This document shows, piece by piece, positions 16,596 through 26,638 of a stretch of DNA of 36,609 bases. Every line of letters starts with the position of its first letter. Within the stretch, counting starts at the first letter, position 1. Position numbers and translations under genes: made by a program. The stretch comes from a virus (lineage: Duplodnaviria; Heunggongvirae; Uroviricota; Caudoviricetes). The notes below the pieces were generated by a model that saw only the letters and a program-made list of their open reading frames with translations, was not told the DNA's origin and made no database searches. The stretch lies in the IMG/VR virus record IMGVR_UViG_2698536401_000015. One strand, given 5' to 3'.

Positions 16596-17078
16596 ATGCA
16601 GGTACTAAATTCCCAGCGTAAAGCTTTCCTCGATATGGTGGCATGGTCAGAAGGAACAGATAATGGGCGACAACCGACACGTAACCACGGTTATGACGTT
16701 ATTGTCGGTGGTGAACTGTTCACTGATTACTCCGATCACCCTCGCAAACTTGTCACGCTAAACCCGAAACTTAAATCAACAGCCGCAGGACGTTATCAGC
16801 TTCTTTCACGCTGGTGGGATGCTTACCGTAAGCAGCTTGGGCTGAAAGACTTCTCTCCAAAAAGCCAGGATGCTGTGGCATTGCAGCAGATTAAAGAGCG
16901 TGGTGCTTTACCGATGATTGATCGCGGCGATATCCGTCAGGCTATTGATCGTTGCAGCAATATCTGGGCGTCATTGCCGGGCGCTGGTTATGGTCAGTTC
17001 GAACATAAGGTTGACAGCCTGATTGAAAAATTCAAAGAATCGGGCGGAACGGTCAGAGAAATTCAGCTATATGAGTAG
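16596..17078 (+). CDS. R: endolysin, lambda R-like lytic transglycosylase
   Basis: Near-identical to lambda R as recalled ([55 protein letters not shown]); perfect AAGGAG ribosome-binding site. Confidence 0.9.
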   Translation: MQVLNSQRKAFLDMVAWSEGTDNGRQPTRNHGYDVIVGGELFTDYSDHPRKLVTLNPKLKSTAAGRYQLLSRWWDAYRKQLGLKDFSPKSQDAVALQQIKERGALPMIDRGDIRQAIDRCSNIWASLPGAGYGQFEHKVDSLIEKFKESGGTVREIQLYE

Positions 17079-17535
17079 AGTAACTGCGATTCTGTCCTCT
17101 CTGGTTATCTGCACCATCGTCTGCCTATCATGGGCTGTTAATCATTATCGTGATAACGCCATCGCCTACAAAGAACAGCGCGATAAAGCGAAGGAAAAAC
17201 TCAGCCAGGCGAACGCCACCATTACTGAGATGCAGCAGCGCCAGCGTGATGTTTCTGCGCTCGATGCGAAATACACCGGAGAACTTGCAAATGCTAAAGC
17301 AACTATTGAACAGCTTCAGCGTGATGTTGCTGTTGGCACTAAGCGGCTGTTCCTCGCCGCTAGTTGCCCGAGAGTGCAATCAACGACCATTACCACCAGC
17401 CTGGATGATGCTACCGCCCCCCGACTTACTGACGCCGCTCAACGGGATTATTTCACCCTCAGAGAGAGAATTGAAATCAGTTATAAACAGATAAGAGCAT
17501 TGCAGGAATATATCTCTAGTCAGTGTAAAAACTAA
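17071..17535 (+). CDS. Rz: i-spanin Rz
   Basis: Start MSRVTAIL with N-terminal TM segment, matches lambda Rz; overlaps the endolysin stop. Confidence 0.85.
   Translation: MSRVTAILSSLVICTIVCLSWAVNHYRDNAIAYKEQRDKAKEKLSQANATITEMQQRQRDVSALDAKYTGELANAKATIEQLQRDVAVGTKRLFLAASCPRVQSTTITTSLDDATAPRLTDAAQRDYFTLRERIEISYKQIRALQEYISSQCKN
17291..17494 (+). CDS. Rz1: o-spanin Rz1 (lipoprotein embedded in Rz in the +1 frame)
   Basis: Lipobox LLLALSGC followed by a proline-rich segment, entirely within Rz. Confidence 0.8.
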   Translation: MLKQLLNSFSVMLLLALSGCSSPLVARECNQRPLPPAWMMLPPPDLLTPLNGIISPSERELKSVINR

Positions 17536-17544
17536 AATTGCTTT

Positions 17545-17575
17545 CGATGTATGGATCTGGACATCTTTTTTTTCT
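17545..17575 (+). terminator. candidate intrinsic terminator after Rz
   Basis: Short stem GATGT / ACATC with a 10-nt loop followed by a T8 run; weak stem, strong T-tract. Confidence 0.45.
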
Positions 17576-17616
17576 ACTATGCTGACTGAGAATTGAAACG
17601 TATATGGATATTCTAT

Positions 17617-18375
17617 ATGAAAAGAAAAAAATTAGAAGGTCCCGGGTGTGAATCATATGAAGGGTTAGATGTTGGATATTATATTGATTCCGAAACGGGG
17701 GAATTTAAAGCGGTTTATACATTCAATAATGAAATTGTAGATCGCATAAAATTGAGTGGGCGTATTGCCGATAGAGCATCTTCACTGTCCCTAATTCATA
17801 GGGACTTAAAAAGTGCTAAAGAGTGGTACCAAATAGCTAATGAACTGGCAGGGAGAAACGAATTAAGGACAGATGGCAAGTTATACGGGAATATACTTGA
17901 TCTAGATTTATCAAGTGAAATTAGAGCGTTATTTGTGGCAAGCCTAACGTTTTATGGTAAAGCTTTCTCTGAAGCTAAAGGGAGAAAGTTAAAGATGGAG
18001 CGTGATTGGCTTGATTCTGAATATTTTGGGTTGCATGACTGTATTATTAACTACAGGCATAATTTTGCAGCACATAGCGGCAACCAAGACTATGAGTCAG
18101 CAGAAACTTCATTGTTACTAATAAGGAAAAATGGGAAAACATTTTATCAAGCAGTGACAGATAGAAAACAACTGAGCATGATTGGTGTCGAGGACGAGCA
18201 TGTTAATATGATTAATTTATTTGAACATGCGATACAGGTTGTTGAGAAAAAATATAATGAAACATTAGAGAGAATTAGAACCTATGTCATGCAAAAGAGT
18301 TATTCTTTCTGGTGTTTAGCTGCCACAGGGAAAGATCCCGTCAATTTAGATAAGTTAAATAAGAAGAAAAAATAA
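17617..18375 (+). CDS. AT-rich cargo gene encoding a ~252-aa protein with an R-x5-H (HEPN-like) motif
   Basis: Markedly lower GC than neighbours, bracketed by terminators; motif YRHNFAAHSG fits the HEPN Rx4-6H signature. The track ORF begins at a TTG (17593); the first ATG is at 17617. Confidence 0.55.
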   Translation: MKRKKLEGPGCESYEGLDVGYYIDSETGEFKAVYTFNNEIVDRIKLSGRIADRASSLSLIHRDLKSAKEWYQIANELAGRNELRTDGKLYGNILDLDLSSEIRALFVASLTFYGKAFSEAKGRKLKMERDWLDSEYFGLHDCIINYRHNFAAHSGNQDYESAETSLLLIRKNGKTFYQAVTDRKQLSMIGVEDEHVNMINLFEHAIQVVEKKYNETLERIRTYVMQKSYSFWCLAATGKDPVNLDKLNKKKK

Positions 18376-18410
18376 ACCTACTCTTCACATTAGTAACATT
18401 AGTAGATGCT

Positions 18411-18442
18411 AAGCCACTAGCAATCGATGGTGGCTTTTTTAT
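18411..18442 (+). terminator. rho-independent terminator after the cargo gene
   Basis: Stem AAGCCAC / GTGGCTT with a 12-nt loop, followed by T6. Confidence 0.65.
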
Positions 18443-18454
18443 TGGAGCTTACCA

Positions 18455-18805
18455 ATGCCACCACGAACCCCAAAAGCCTGCCGTGTTCGCGGCTGCCGCT
18501 CTACAACCACAGACCCGTCAGGCTACTGCGAAAGCCACAAAAGCGAAGGCTGGAAGCAATACAAACCTGGACAATCCCGTCATCAGCGCGGTTATGGTTC
18601 GAAGTGGGATGTTATCCGCGTGCGTGTCCTGAAGCGTGACAAAGGCCTGTGTCAGCTATGTCTGCGTGCTGGTGTGGTGCGTGAGGCGAAAACTGTTGAC
18701 CACATCATCCCTAAAGCGCATGGCGGCACTGATGCTGACAGTAATCTGCAGAGTCTGTGCTGGCCGTGTCATAAGGCGAAGACGGCCCGTGAACGGTTGA
18801 AGTGA
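18455..18805 (+). CDS. HNH homing-type endonuclease (terminase-associated)
   Basis: 116 aa with Cys pairs and the HNH core (VDHIIPKAHGGTDADSNLQSLCWPCHKAK); immediately upstream of the terminase genes. Confidence 0.8.
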   Translation: MPPRTPKACRVRGCRSTTTDPSGYCESHKSEGWKQYKPGQSRHQRGYGSKWDVIRVRVLKRDKGLCQLCLRAGVVREAKTVDHIIPKAHGGTDADSNLQSLCWPCHKAKTARERLK

Positions 18806-18930
18806 TAATGATTCTCAACTGCCTGAGGGGAGGGGAGGGTCAAATCCCTGCGGCCTGACGTCTTCCGGACTGCCCGCCCCATCGTTTTTTTATACCCGCG
18901 AAAAATGAAATTTAACCAGGAGTGCCGCAT

Positions 18931-19425
18931 ATGGCTGGAACGGCGGGGCGTTCCGGGCGTCGCCCCAAGCCAACGGCGCGCAAGGCGCTGGCCGGAAACC
19001 CCGGCAAGCGAGCCCTGAACAAAGATGAACCTGTTTTTACGCCCATCAAAGGTGTTGAGCCACCGGAGTGGTTCGCTGAAGAAGATCTCCCTCTCGCCAC
19101 GATCATGTGGCAACTGACAACCAAAGAACTCTGCGGTCAGGGCCTGCTGTGCGTGACTGACCTCGCGGTGCTTGAGCGGTGGTGCGTGGCCTATGAGTTC
19201 TGGCGACGTGCCGTGAAAAATATTGCCAGACAGGGCAACACCATCACCGGTGCAATGGGCGGCATGGTCAAAAATCCGGAGCTGACCGCCAAAAAAGAAC
19301 AGGAGTCCGAGATGAGCAGCACGGGGGCAATGCTCGGACTCGACCCCAGCAGCCGCCAGCGTCTGATTGGCCTGGCGGGGAAGAAGAAAGCCACTAACCC
19401 GTTTCTGAAAATCATCGAATCATGA
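18931..19425 (+). CDS. terminase small subunit
   Basis: Start at ATG 18931 with AGGAG ribosome-binding site (the track begins at an upstream GTG); translationally coupled to the large subunit. Confidence 0.75.
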   Translation: MAGTAGRSGRRPKPTARKALAGNPGKRALNKDEPVFTPIKGVEPPEWFAEEDLPLATIMWQLTTKELCGQGLLCVTDLAVLERWCVAYEFWRRAVKNIARQGNTITGAMGGMVKNPELTAKKEQESEMSSTGAMLGLDPSSRQRLIGLAGKKKATNPFLKIIES

Positions 19426-21155
19426 GCCGGAAATCTTACCCCAACGTAAATGCTGCCAATCAGTATGCCCGGGATGTCGTGCGCGGAAAGATTGTGGCCT
19501 GCCAGTTTGTGATTCAGGCCTGCCAGCGCCATCTTGATGACCTGATGGCGGAAAAAAGTAAGTCGTTTCGTTACCGCTTCGACAAGGACCTGGCTGAACG
19601 GGCCGCCAAATTTATTCAGCTGTTGCCGCACACCAAGGGTGAGTGGGCATTCAAGAGGATGCCCATCACGCTGGAGCCGTGGCAGCTCTTTGTGATCTGC
19701 TGCGCGTTTGGCTGGGTCAATAAAGGCTCCCGGCTGCGCCGCTTCCGGGAGGTGTATACCGAAATCCCCCGTAAGAACGGCAAATCAGCAATCTCTGCCG
19801 GTGTCGCCCTGTATTGTTTTGCCTGTGATAACGAGTTCGGCGCGGAAGTGTATTCCGGTGCCACGACGGAGAAACAGGCATGGGAAGTCTTTCGTCCGGC
19901 AAGACTGATGTGTAAACGCACACCCATGCTGACGGAAGCGTTCGGGATTGAAGTTAACGCCTCAAACATGAACCGTCCGGAGGATGGTGCGCGTTTTGAA
20001 CCGCTGATCGGTAACCCCGGTGATGGTTCATCACCCCACTGTGCGGTGGTGGATGAATATCACGAGCACGCCACAGATGCGCTTTACACCACGATGCTTA
20101 CCGGGATGGGGGCGCGACGTCAGCCACTGATGTGGGCTATCACTACTGCCGGGTACAACATTGAGGGGCCGTGCTACGACAAACGGCGGGAAGTTATCGA
20201 GATGCTCAACGGTTCGGTACCCAACGATGAACTGTTCGGGATCATCTATACCGTTGACGAAGGTGACGACTGGACCGACCCACAGGTGCTGGAAAAAGCC
20301 AACCCGAATATCGGGGTGTCGGTTTACCGTGAGTTTTTGTTAAGTCAGCAACAACGTGCGAAAAATAACGCCCGTCTGGCAAACGTCTTTAAAACAAAAC
20401 ACCTCAATATCTGGGTGTCGGCGCGTTCGGCGTATTTCAACCTGGTGAGCTGGCAGAGCTGCGAGGATAAGTCACTGACTCTTGAGCAATTCGAGGGGCA
20501 GCCGTGCATTCTGGCCTTTGACCTGGCGCGTAAACTGGATATGAACAGCATGGCGCGACTTTATACCCGTGAGATTGACGGTAAAGCGCATTACTACAGT
20601 GTGGCCCCGCGTTTCTGGGTACCGTATGACACGGTGTACAGCGTCGAGAAAAATGAAGATCGCCGGACAGCCGAACGCTTTCAGAAATGGGTGGAAATGG
20701 GCGTCCTGACCGTTACCGATGGTGCAGAGGTGGATTATCGCTACATCCTCGAAGAGGCCAAAGCGGCGAACAAAATCAGCCCGGTCAGCGAGTCACCCAT
20801 CGACCCCTTCGGGGCGACCGGGCTGTCACATGACCTTGCTGATGAAGACCTGAACCCCATCACCATTATTCAGAACTACACCAACATGTCCGATCCGATG
20901 AAAGAGCTGGAAGCGGCAATTGAATCGGGGCGCTTTCATCATGATGGCAATCCCATCATGACCTGGTGTATCGGCAACGTGGTCGGCAAAACTATTCCGG
21001 GTAACGATGATGTGGTGAAGCCCGTCAAAGAGCAGGTGGAAAACAAAATCGATGGTGCAGTTGCGCTGATTATGGCGGTTGGCAGAGCCATGCTGTACGA
21101 GAAAGAAGACACGCTGTCTGACCACATTGAGTCCTATGGGATCCGCTCGCTTTAA
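19422..21155 (+). CDS. terminase large subunit (ATPase and nuclease)
   Basis: 577 aa; position and size; Walker-A-like region; start overlaps terS stop (ATGA). Confidence 0.9.
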   Translation: MSRKSYPNVNAANQYARDVVRGKIVACQFVIQACQRHLDDLMAEKSKSFRYRFDKDLAERAAKFIQLLPHTKGEWAFKRMPITLEPWQLFVICCAFGWVNKGSRLRRFREVYTEIPRKNGKSAISAGVALYCFACDNEFGAEVYSGATTEKQAWEVFRPARLMCKRTPMLTEAFGIEVNASNMNRPEDGARFEPLIGNPGDGSSPHCAVVDEYHEHATDALYTTMLTGMGARRQPLMWAITTAGYNIEGPCYDKRREVIEMLNGSVPNDELFGIIYTVDEGDDWTDPQVLEKANPNIGVSVYREFLLSQQQRAKNNARLANVFKTKHLNIWVSARSAYFNLVSWQSCEDKSLTLEQFEGQPCILAFDLARKLDMNSMARLYTREIDGKAHYYSVAPRFWVPYDTVYSVEKNEDRRTAERFQKWVEMGVLTVTDGAEVDYRYILEEAKAANKISPVSESPIDPFGATGLSHDLADEDLNPITIIQNYTNMSDPMKELEAAIESGRFHHDGNPIMTWCIGNVVGKTIPGNDDVVKPVKEQVENKIDGAVALIMAVGRAMLYEKEDTLSDHIESYGIRSL

Positions 21156-21166
21156 CTGAGGTAATT

Positions 21167-21349
21167 ATGATCATGCTGATTCTCGCGCCTCTGGTGGGCG
21201 TGCTGGGTGCGCTTTTGCTGGCGTATGGTGCCTGGCTGATTTATCCCCCGGCGGGGTTTGTTGTTGCCGGGGCGTTGTGTCTGTTCTGGTCGTGGCTGGT
21301 GGCGCGATATCTCGACCGTACACAGCTGTCTGATGGTGGAGGTAAATAG
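21167..21349 (+). CDS. small two-TM membrane protein (60 aa)
   Basis: GAGGT ribosome-binding site; two hydrophobic helices; sits between terminase and portal. Confidence 0.5.
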   Translation: MIMLILAPLVGVLGALLLAYGAWLIYPPAGFVVAGALCLFWSWLVARYLDRTQLSDGGGK

Positions 21350-22590
21350 TGTTCTTTTCGGGATTATTTCAACGAAAAAGTGACGCACCGGTGACCACGC
21401 CAGCAGAGCTGGCGGATGCTATCGGGTTGTCCTACGACACCTATACCGGAAAGCAGATCAGCAGTCAGCGGGCCATGCGACTGACGGCGGTTTTTTCCTG
21501 TGTCAGGGTGCTGGCGGAGTCGGTCGGGATGTTGCCCTGCAACCTGTATCACCTGAATGGCAGTCTGAAGCAGAGAGCCACTGGCGAACGTCTGCATAAG
21601 CTGATCTCCTCGCATCCTAATGGCTATATGACGCCGCAGGAGTTCTGGGAGCTGGTGGTCACCTGTCTGTGCCTGCGGGGCAACTTTTACGCCTACAAAG
21701 TGAAAGCATTTGGCGAAGTGGCTGAACTGCTGCCCGTCGATCCCGGCTGTGTGGTACCGAAGCTTAACAGTAGCTGGGAGCCGGTCTATCAGGTCACATT
21801 CCCGGACGGCTCAACGGATGTGCTGACCCAGGAGGATATCTGGCATGTGCGCACGCTGACGCTGGACGGTCTGGTGGGACTGAATCCCATCGCCTATGCC
21901 CGCGAGGCAATATCGCTGGCAGCAGCGACTGAAGAACACGGTGCCAGACTGTTCAGCAATGGCGCGGTGACGTCCGGTGTGTTGCGTACAGAACAGACGC
22001 TGTCGGATCAGGCTTATGAGCGCCTGAAGAAAGATTTTGAGGAGCGTCACACCGGGCTTGGCAATGCTCACCGCCCGATGATCCTTGAGATGGGGCTGGA
22101 CTGGAAGTCGATGGCATTGAACGCCGAGGACAGCCAGTTCCTGGAAACCCGCAAGTTTCAGCTTGAAGAAATCTGTCGTCTGTTCCGGGTGCCATTGCAT
22201 ATGGTGCAGAACACCGATCGCGCCACCTTCAACAATATCGAAGAGCTGGGGCTGGGATTTATCAACTATTCACTGGTGCCGTATCTGACCCGCATTGAGC
22301 AGCGGATCAACACCGGACTGGTACGAAAAAGTAAGCAGGGCATTTATTACGCCAAATTTAACGCCGGGGCGTTACTGCGCGGGGATATGAAGTCCCGTTT
22401 TGAAGCCTACGCCACCGGGATCAACTGGGGAATTTACTCTCCCAATGACTGCCGCGACCTGGAAGATATGAATCCGCGTCCCGGTGGTGATGTCTATCTC
22501 ACACCGATGAACATGACCACGAAACCCTCCGATGGCAGTAAAGCCGGTAAGCAGAAGGATAACGCCAATGCAGACGAAACAACGTCTTGA
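21349..22590 (+). CDS. portal protein (HK97-family)
   Basis: 413 aa; GTG start overlapping the upstream stop with a GGAGG ribosome-binding site; follows terminase. Confidence 0.85.
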   Translation: MFFSGLFQRKSDAPVTTPAELADAIGLSYDTYTGKQISSQRAMRLTAVFSCVRVLAESVGMLPCNLYHLNGSLKQRATGERLHKLISSHPNGYMTPQEFWELVVTCLCLRGNFYAYKVKAFGEVAELLPVDPGCVVPKLNSSWEPVYQVTFPDGSTDVLTQEDIWHVRTLTLDGLVGLNPIAYAREAISLAAATEEHGARLFSNGAVTSGVLRTEQTLSDQAYERLKKDFEERHTGLGNAHRPMILEMGLDWKSMALNAEDSQFLETRKFQLEEICRLFRVPLHMVQNTDRATFNNIEELGLGFINYSLVPYLTRIEQRINTGLVRKSKQGIYYAKFNAGALLRGDMKSRFEAYATGINWGIYSPNDCRDLEDMNPRPGGDVYLTPMNMTTKPSDGSKAGKQKDNANADETTS

Positions 22591-23218
22591 TGTACCGCTG
22601 AGTCTGAAATCTGTCAGTGACTCCGGTGAGTTTGAAGGGTATGGCTCCGTCTTTGGTGTAAAGGACAGCCACGATGATGTGGTGATGTCCGGGGCATTTG
22701 CTGCTTCCCTGCGGGCGTGGAGTGACAGAAAAGCGTTACCTGCGCTGCTCTGGCAGCACCGCATGGATGAACCCATCGGTGTTTATACCGAAATGAAGGA
22801 AGACGATGTCGGGCTTTACGTCAGGGGGCGGTTGCTCATTGATGATGATCCCCTGGCAAAACGCGCACATGCACACATGAAGGCCGGTTCGTTAACCGGC
22901 CTTTCTATTGGGTACGTCCTGAAAGACTGGGAATACGACCGGAGCAAAGAAGCCTTTCTGCTGAAAGAAATCGACCTCTGGGAAGTCAGTCTGGTGACGT
23001 TCCCGTCTAACGACGAGGCGCGGATCAGCGACGTCAAGAACTCGCTGGCCCGCGGGGAAATCCCCGAACAAAAAAAAATCGAAAGAGTCCTGCGTGATGT
23101 CGGACTCTCCCGTACCCAGGCCAAAGCATTCATGGCCGGGGGCTATGGCGCACTGTCCCTGCGCGACGCTGAGGATGTGGGCTCTGCACTGAATGCACTG
23201 AAAAATCTGAACTTCTAA
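22568..23218 (+). CDS. prohead maturation protease (HK97 gp4-like)
   Basis: Start at MQTKQRLD overlapping the portal end; position between portal and capsid. Confidence 0.75.
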   Translation: MQTKQRLDVPLSLKSVSDSGEFEGYGSVFGVKDSHDDVVMSGAFAASLRAWSDRKALPALLWQHRMDEPIGVYTEMKEDDVGLYVRGRLLIDDDPLAKRAHAHMKAGSLTGLSIGYVLKDWEYDRSKEAFLLKEIDLWEVSLVTFPSNDEARISDVKNSLARGEIPEQKKIERVLRDVGLSRTQAKAFMAGGYGALSLRDAEDVGSALNALKNLNF

Positions 23219-23232
23219 TCAGGAGAAATACG

Positions 23233-24438
23233 ATGGCGGTTGATATTAAAGATGTCGAACAGGTCGCGCAGGAGCTGCAGCAGAAGTTTGACGACTTCAA
23301 AGCAAAGAACGACAAGCGCGTTGATGCGATTGAGCAGGAAAAAGGCAAGCTTGCCGGGCAGGTGGAAACCCTGAACGGGAAACTCAGCGAGCTGGAAAAT
23401 CTCAAAAGCGACCTTGAAAAAGAGCTGCTTGAGCTGAAACGTCCGGCAGGTGGAGCGCAAAATAAACTGGCCACCGAGCATAAAGAGGCGTTTGTGGGCT
23501 TCCTGCGTAAAGGCCGTGAAGACGGTCTGCGCGATCTGGAGCGTAAGGCATTGCAGGTGGGTACCGATGAAGACGGTGGCTACGCCGTGCCGGAAGCACT
23601 GGATCGCAACATTCTTAACCTGCTGAAAGATGAAGTGGTGATGCGTCAGGAAGCCACGGTGATCACCGTTGGCGGTTCCGACTACAAAAAACTGGTGAAT
23701 CTGGGCGGTACGGCTTCCGGATGGGTGGGGGAAACGGATACGCGATCCCAGACTGCCACCTCCAGACTGGAGCTGATTGAACCTCTCATGGGGGAAATCT
23801 ACGGCAACCCGCAGGCTACCCAGAAAATGCTGGACGATGCCTTCTTCAACGTGGAGGCCTGGATCAACAGCGAGCTGGCAACCGAATTTGCCGAACAGGA
23901 AGAAATTGCCTTTACCTCAGGCGATGGCACCAAGAAGCCGAAAGGGTTCCTGGCGTATGAATCCACTGATGAAACCGACAAGGTCCGGGCGTTCGGCAAA
24001 CTTCAGCATATTGTATCCGGCGAAGCGACCGCGGTGACCGCAGACGCCATTATCAAACTGATTTACACGCTGCGTAAGGCACACCGCACTGGCGCGAAGT
24101 TCATGATGAACAACAACAGCCTGTTTGCCATCCGTCTGCTGAAAGACACCGAGGGTAACTATCTGTGGCGTCCGGGGCTGGAACTGGGGCAGCCGTCCTC
24201 TCTGGCGGGTTACGGTATCGCTGAAAACGAACAGATGCCGGATATCGCCGCTGATGCGAAAGCCATTGCATTTGGTAACTTCAAACGGGGTTACACCATC
24301 GTTGACCGTATCGGCACCCGCATTCTGCGTGACCCGTACACCAATAAACCGTTTGTCGGTTTTTATACCACCAAGCGCACCGGCGGGATGCTGGTCGATT
24401 CGCAGGCCATCAAACTGCTGAAGATTGCAGCGGCGTAA
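23233..24438 (+). CDS. major capsid protein (HK97 fold) with N-terminal coiled-coil scaffolding domain
   Basis: 401 aa; N-terminal heptad-rich delta domain; AGGAG ribosome-binding site. Confidence 0.85.
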   Translation: MAVDIKDVEQVAQELQQKFDDFKAKNDKRVDAIEQEKGKLAGQVETLNGKLSELENLKSDLEKELLELKRPAGGAQNKLATEHKEAFVGFLRKGREDGLRDLERKALQVGTDEDGGYAVPEALDRNILNLLKDEVVMRQEATVITVGGSDYKKLVNLGGTASGWVGETDTRSQTATSRLELIEPLMGEIYGNPQATQKMLDDAFFNVEAWINSELATEFAEQEEIAFTSGDGTKKPKGFLAYESTDETDKVRAFGKLQHIVSGEATAVTADAIIKLIYTLRKAHRTGAKFMMNNNSLFAIRLLKDTEGNYLWRPGLELGQPSSLAGYGIAENEQMPDIAADAKAIAFGNFKRGYTIVDRIGTRILRDPYTNKPFVGFYTTKRTGGMLVDSQAIKLLKIAAA

Positions 24439-24487
24439 TCACTCAGGGGCGCGGAACCGCGCCCCCTGTTCTGACGGGTGAAGAATC

Positions 24488-24688
24488 ATGATCCTGAAAC
24501 AAGATCTGAAATGGTCACCGGACGGTATGCGTGTTGAGGTCATTCGGGCCGGTGAGTATGACGACGGGGCGCTTCCTGCCCGGGTGCAGGAGATTGCACT
24601 TCAGGCCGGGTTAGCAGAGCGCGGAACCAGTGCAAAAAGCAGTAAAGCGACAAAAGAGAAAAAAGCCACGACCAGTAAAGAGGGCTGA
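24488..24688 (+). CDS. hypothetical small head-module protein (66 aa)
   Basis: ORF between capsid and connector; lysine-rich C-terminus. No family recognised. Confidence 0.4.
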   Translation: MILKQDLKWSPDGMRVEVIRAGEYDDGALPARVQEIALQAGLAERGTSAKSSKATKEKKATTSKEG

Positions 24689-24690
24689 GT

Positions 24691-25014
24691 ATGCTTCTGA
24701 CAATGGAAGAGATTAAAGCCCAACTCCGGCTGGATGAGGATTTCGATGCTGATGACCGCCATCTGCAACTGCTGGCCTGTGCGGCGCAAAAGCGGACGGA
24801 AACGTATCTGAACCGGAAGCTCTATGCACCGGATGAAACCATTCCGGACAGCGACCCGGACGGACTGCACCTGCCGGATGATATTCGTCTGGGGATGCTG
24901 ATGCTTATCAGCCATTTTTACGAAAACCGCTCGTCGGTTACGGAAGTGGAGAAACTCGACATGCCGCAGAGTTTTAGCTGGCTTGTCGGCCCGTACAGGT
25001 ACTTTCCGCAATGA
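24691..25014 (+). CDS. head-tail connector protein (gp6-like)
   Basis: 107 aa; position and size; ...LGMLMLISHFYENR... region typical of this family. Confidence 0.65.
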   Translation: MLLTMEEIKAQLRLDEDFDADDRHLQLLACAAQKRTETYLNRKLYAPDETIPDSDPDGLHLPDDIRLGMLMLISHFYENRSSVTEVEKLDMPQSFSWLVGPYRYFPQ

Positions 25015-25421
25015 AAATTCGTCAGGCGCAGACCAGCGCAACCTACATTCTGCCGGACCCCGGTGAACTGAATAAACGCGTCCTGATCCGCCTGCGGGTG
25101 GATATGCCCGCGGATAACTTTGGCGTGGAGCCTCAATACCCGGTTACGTTCCGGACATGGGCGAAGGTTATCCAGACCAGTGCCACCACCTGGCAGGAAA
25201 CCGCGCAGACCGGGGACGCCATCACCCATTACATCACCATTCGTTACCGCCGGGGGATCACCGCTGATTATGAGGTGGTCTGCGGTGACAGTGTGTACCG
25301 GGTGAAACGTCAGCGCGATCTGAACGGGGCGCGGCGCTTTCTGCTGCTGGAGTGTACGGAGCTGGGCGAATGTAGGCAGAGTCACGGAGGCAGCAATGGC
25401 GACTCCCTTTTTTCACGTTGA
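25011..25421 (+). CDS. head closure / head-tail joining protein (gp7-like)
   Basis: ITHYITIRYRRGIT...YRV motif region typical of the head-tail joining family. Confidence 0.65.
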   Translation: MKIRQAQTSATYILPDPGELNKRVLIRLRVDMPADNFGVEPQYPVTFRTWAKVIQTSATTWQETAQTGDAITHYITIRYRRGITADYEVVCGDSVYRVKRQRDLNGARRFLLLECTELGECRQSHGGSNGDSLFSR

Positions 25422-25902
25422 TGTTCAGCAGCCCGCCGAGATGCGCTTTAACCGCGCCCGTGTCCGGCGGGCGTTTGTCACGATTGGGCAGCGTCATATG
25501 CGTGATGCCCGTCGGCTGGTGATGCGCCGTGCGCGGTCGGCACCGGGTGAAAACCCCGGTTATCAGACCGGACGCCTGGCTCGTTCGATTGGTTATATGG
25601 TGCCGAGAGCCAGTAAAAAGCGAGCCGGTTTTATGACACGCATTGCCCCTAACCAGCGCAACGGGAAGGGGAACCGGATGATCTCTGGTGACTTCTATCC
25701 GGCGTTTCTGTTTTTTGGTGTCCGGGGAGGAGCAAAACGTCGTCGTAGTCATCATCGTGGTGCATCCGGTGGCAGCGGCTGGCGACTGGCTCCACGTAAT
25801 AACTTCATGGTGGAAACTCTTGAAAAGAACCGCAGCTGGACACGCTATTTTCTGGCGCGGGAATTGCGTAAATCACTGAAGCCGGAGCGACGACACAGAT
25901 GA
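25396..25902 (+). CDS. HK97 gp10-like morphogenesis protein
   Basis: 168 aa, basic; position after the head closure protein. Confidence 0.6.
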   Translation: MATPFFHVDVQQPAEMRFNRARVRRAFVTIGQRHMRDARRLVMRRARSAPGENPGYQTGRLARSIGYMVPRASKKRAGFMTRIAPNQRNGKGNRMISGDFYPAFLFFGVRGGAKRRRSHHRGASGGSGWRLAPRNNFMVETLEKNRSWTRYFLARELRKSLKPERRHR

Positions 25903-26459
25903 AACTGACGCCTGTTATTGCTGCGCTGCGTGCCCGCTGCCCGTATTTTGAAAACCGGGTGGCAGGCGCGGCACAGTTCAAAAATTTGCCGGAGGTCGGA
26001 AAGCTGAGACTCCCGGCGGCGTATGTGGTACCGGGGGATGATTCTCCGGGAGAAAACAAAAGCCAGACCGACTACTGGCAGGAGCTGAAAGAGGGCTTCT
26101 CCGTGGTTGTCATACTGAGTAACGGACGTGATGAGCGCGGTCAGTTTGCCTCGTATGATGTGGTGGACGATGTCCGGCAGATGCTCTTTAAGGCCCTGCT
26201 GGGCTGGAACCCGGAAGCGTGCGGTAACCCGATTACCTATGACGGCGGCACGCTGCTGGATCTGAATCGTCATGAGCTGATTTATCAGTTCGATTTTTCG
26301 GTCATCAGCGAGCTGACCGAAGACGATACCCGCCAGCAGGATGACCTGAACAGTCTGGATGAACTGCAAACGCTGGCGATTGATGTTGATTATCTCGAGC
26401 CCGGTAACGGGCCTGACGGCGATATCGAACATCACACCGAAATAACCCTTCCTTCCTGA
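25899..26459 (+). CDS. tail-associated neck/terminator-like protein
   Basis: 186 aa; position immediately upstream of the sheath module; family not confidently recognised. Confidence 0.4.
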   Translation: MKLTPVIAALRARCPYFENRVAGAAQFKNLPEVGKLRLPAAYVVPGDDSPGENKSQTDYWQELKEGFSVVVILSNGRDERGQFASYDVVDDVRQMLFKALLGWNPEACGNPITYDGGTLLDLNRHELIYQFDFSVISELTEDDTRQQDDLNSLDELQTLAIDVDYLEPGNGPDGDIEHHTEITLPS

Positions 26460-26467
26460 GGATCCTC

Positions 26468-26638
26468 ATGTTTGTCAAACCTGTTAAAGGGCGGTCAGTG
26501 CCTGACCCTGCCCGCGGTGACCTTTTGCCCACCGAAGGGCGAAATGTTGACGAGAACAACTACTGGCTGCGCCGTGAAGCAGCGGGTGATATCCGGCGCG
26601 TGAATAAAAAGGTGAATACCGATGACGATAAGCTTTAA
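26468..26638 (+). CDS. small conserved protein preceding the sheath gene (56 aa, Mu-like, DUF2635-like)
   Basis: ATG with GAGGA ribosome-binding site; translation MFVKPVKGRSVPDPARGDLLPTEGRNVDENNYWLRREAAGDIRRVNKKVNTDDDKL; not in the track (under 60 aa); overlaps the sheath start. Confidence 0.5.
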   Translation: MFVKPVKGRSVPDPARGDLLPTEGRNVDENNYWLRREAAGDIRRVNKKVNTDDDKL

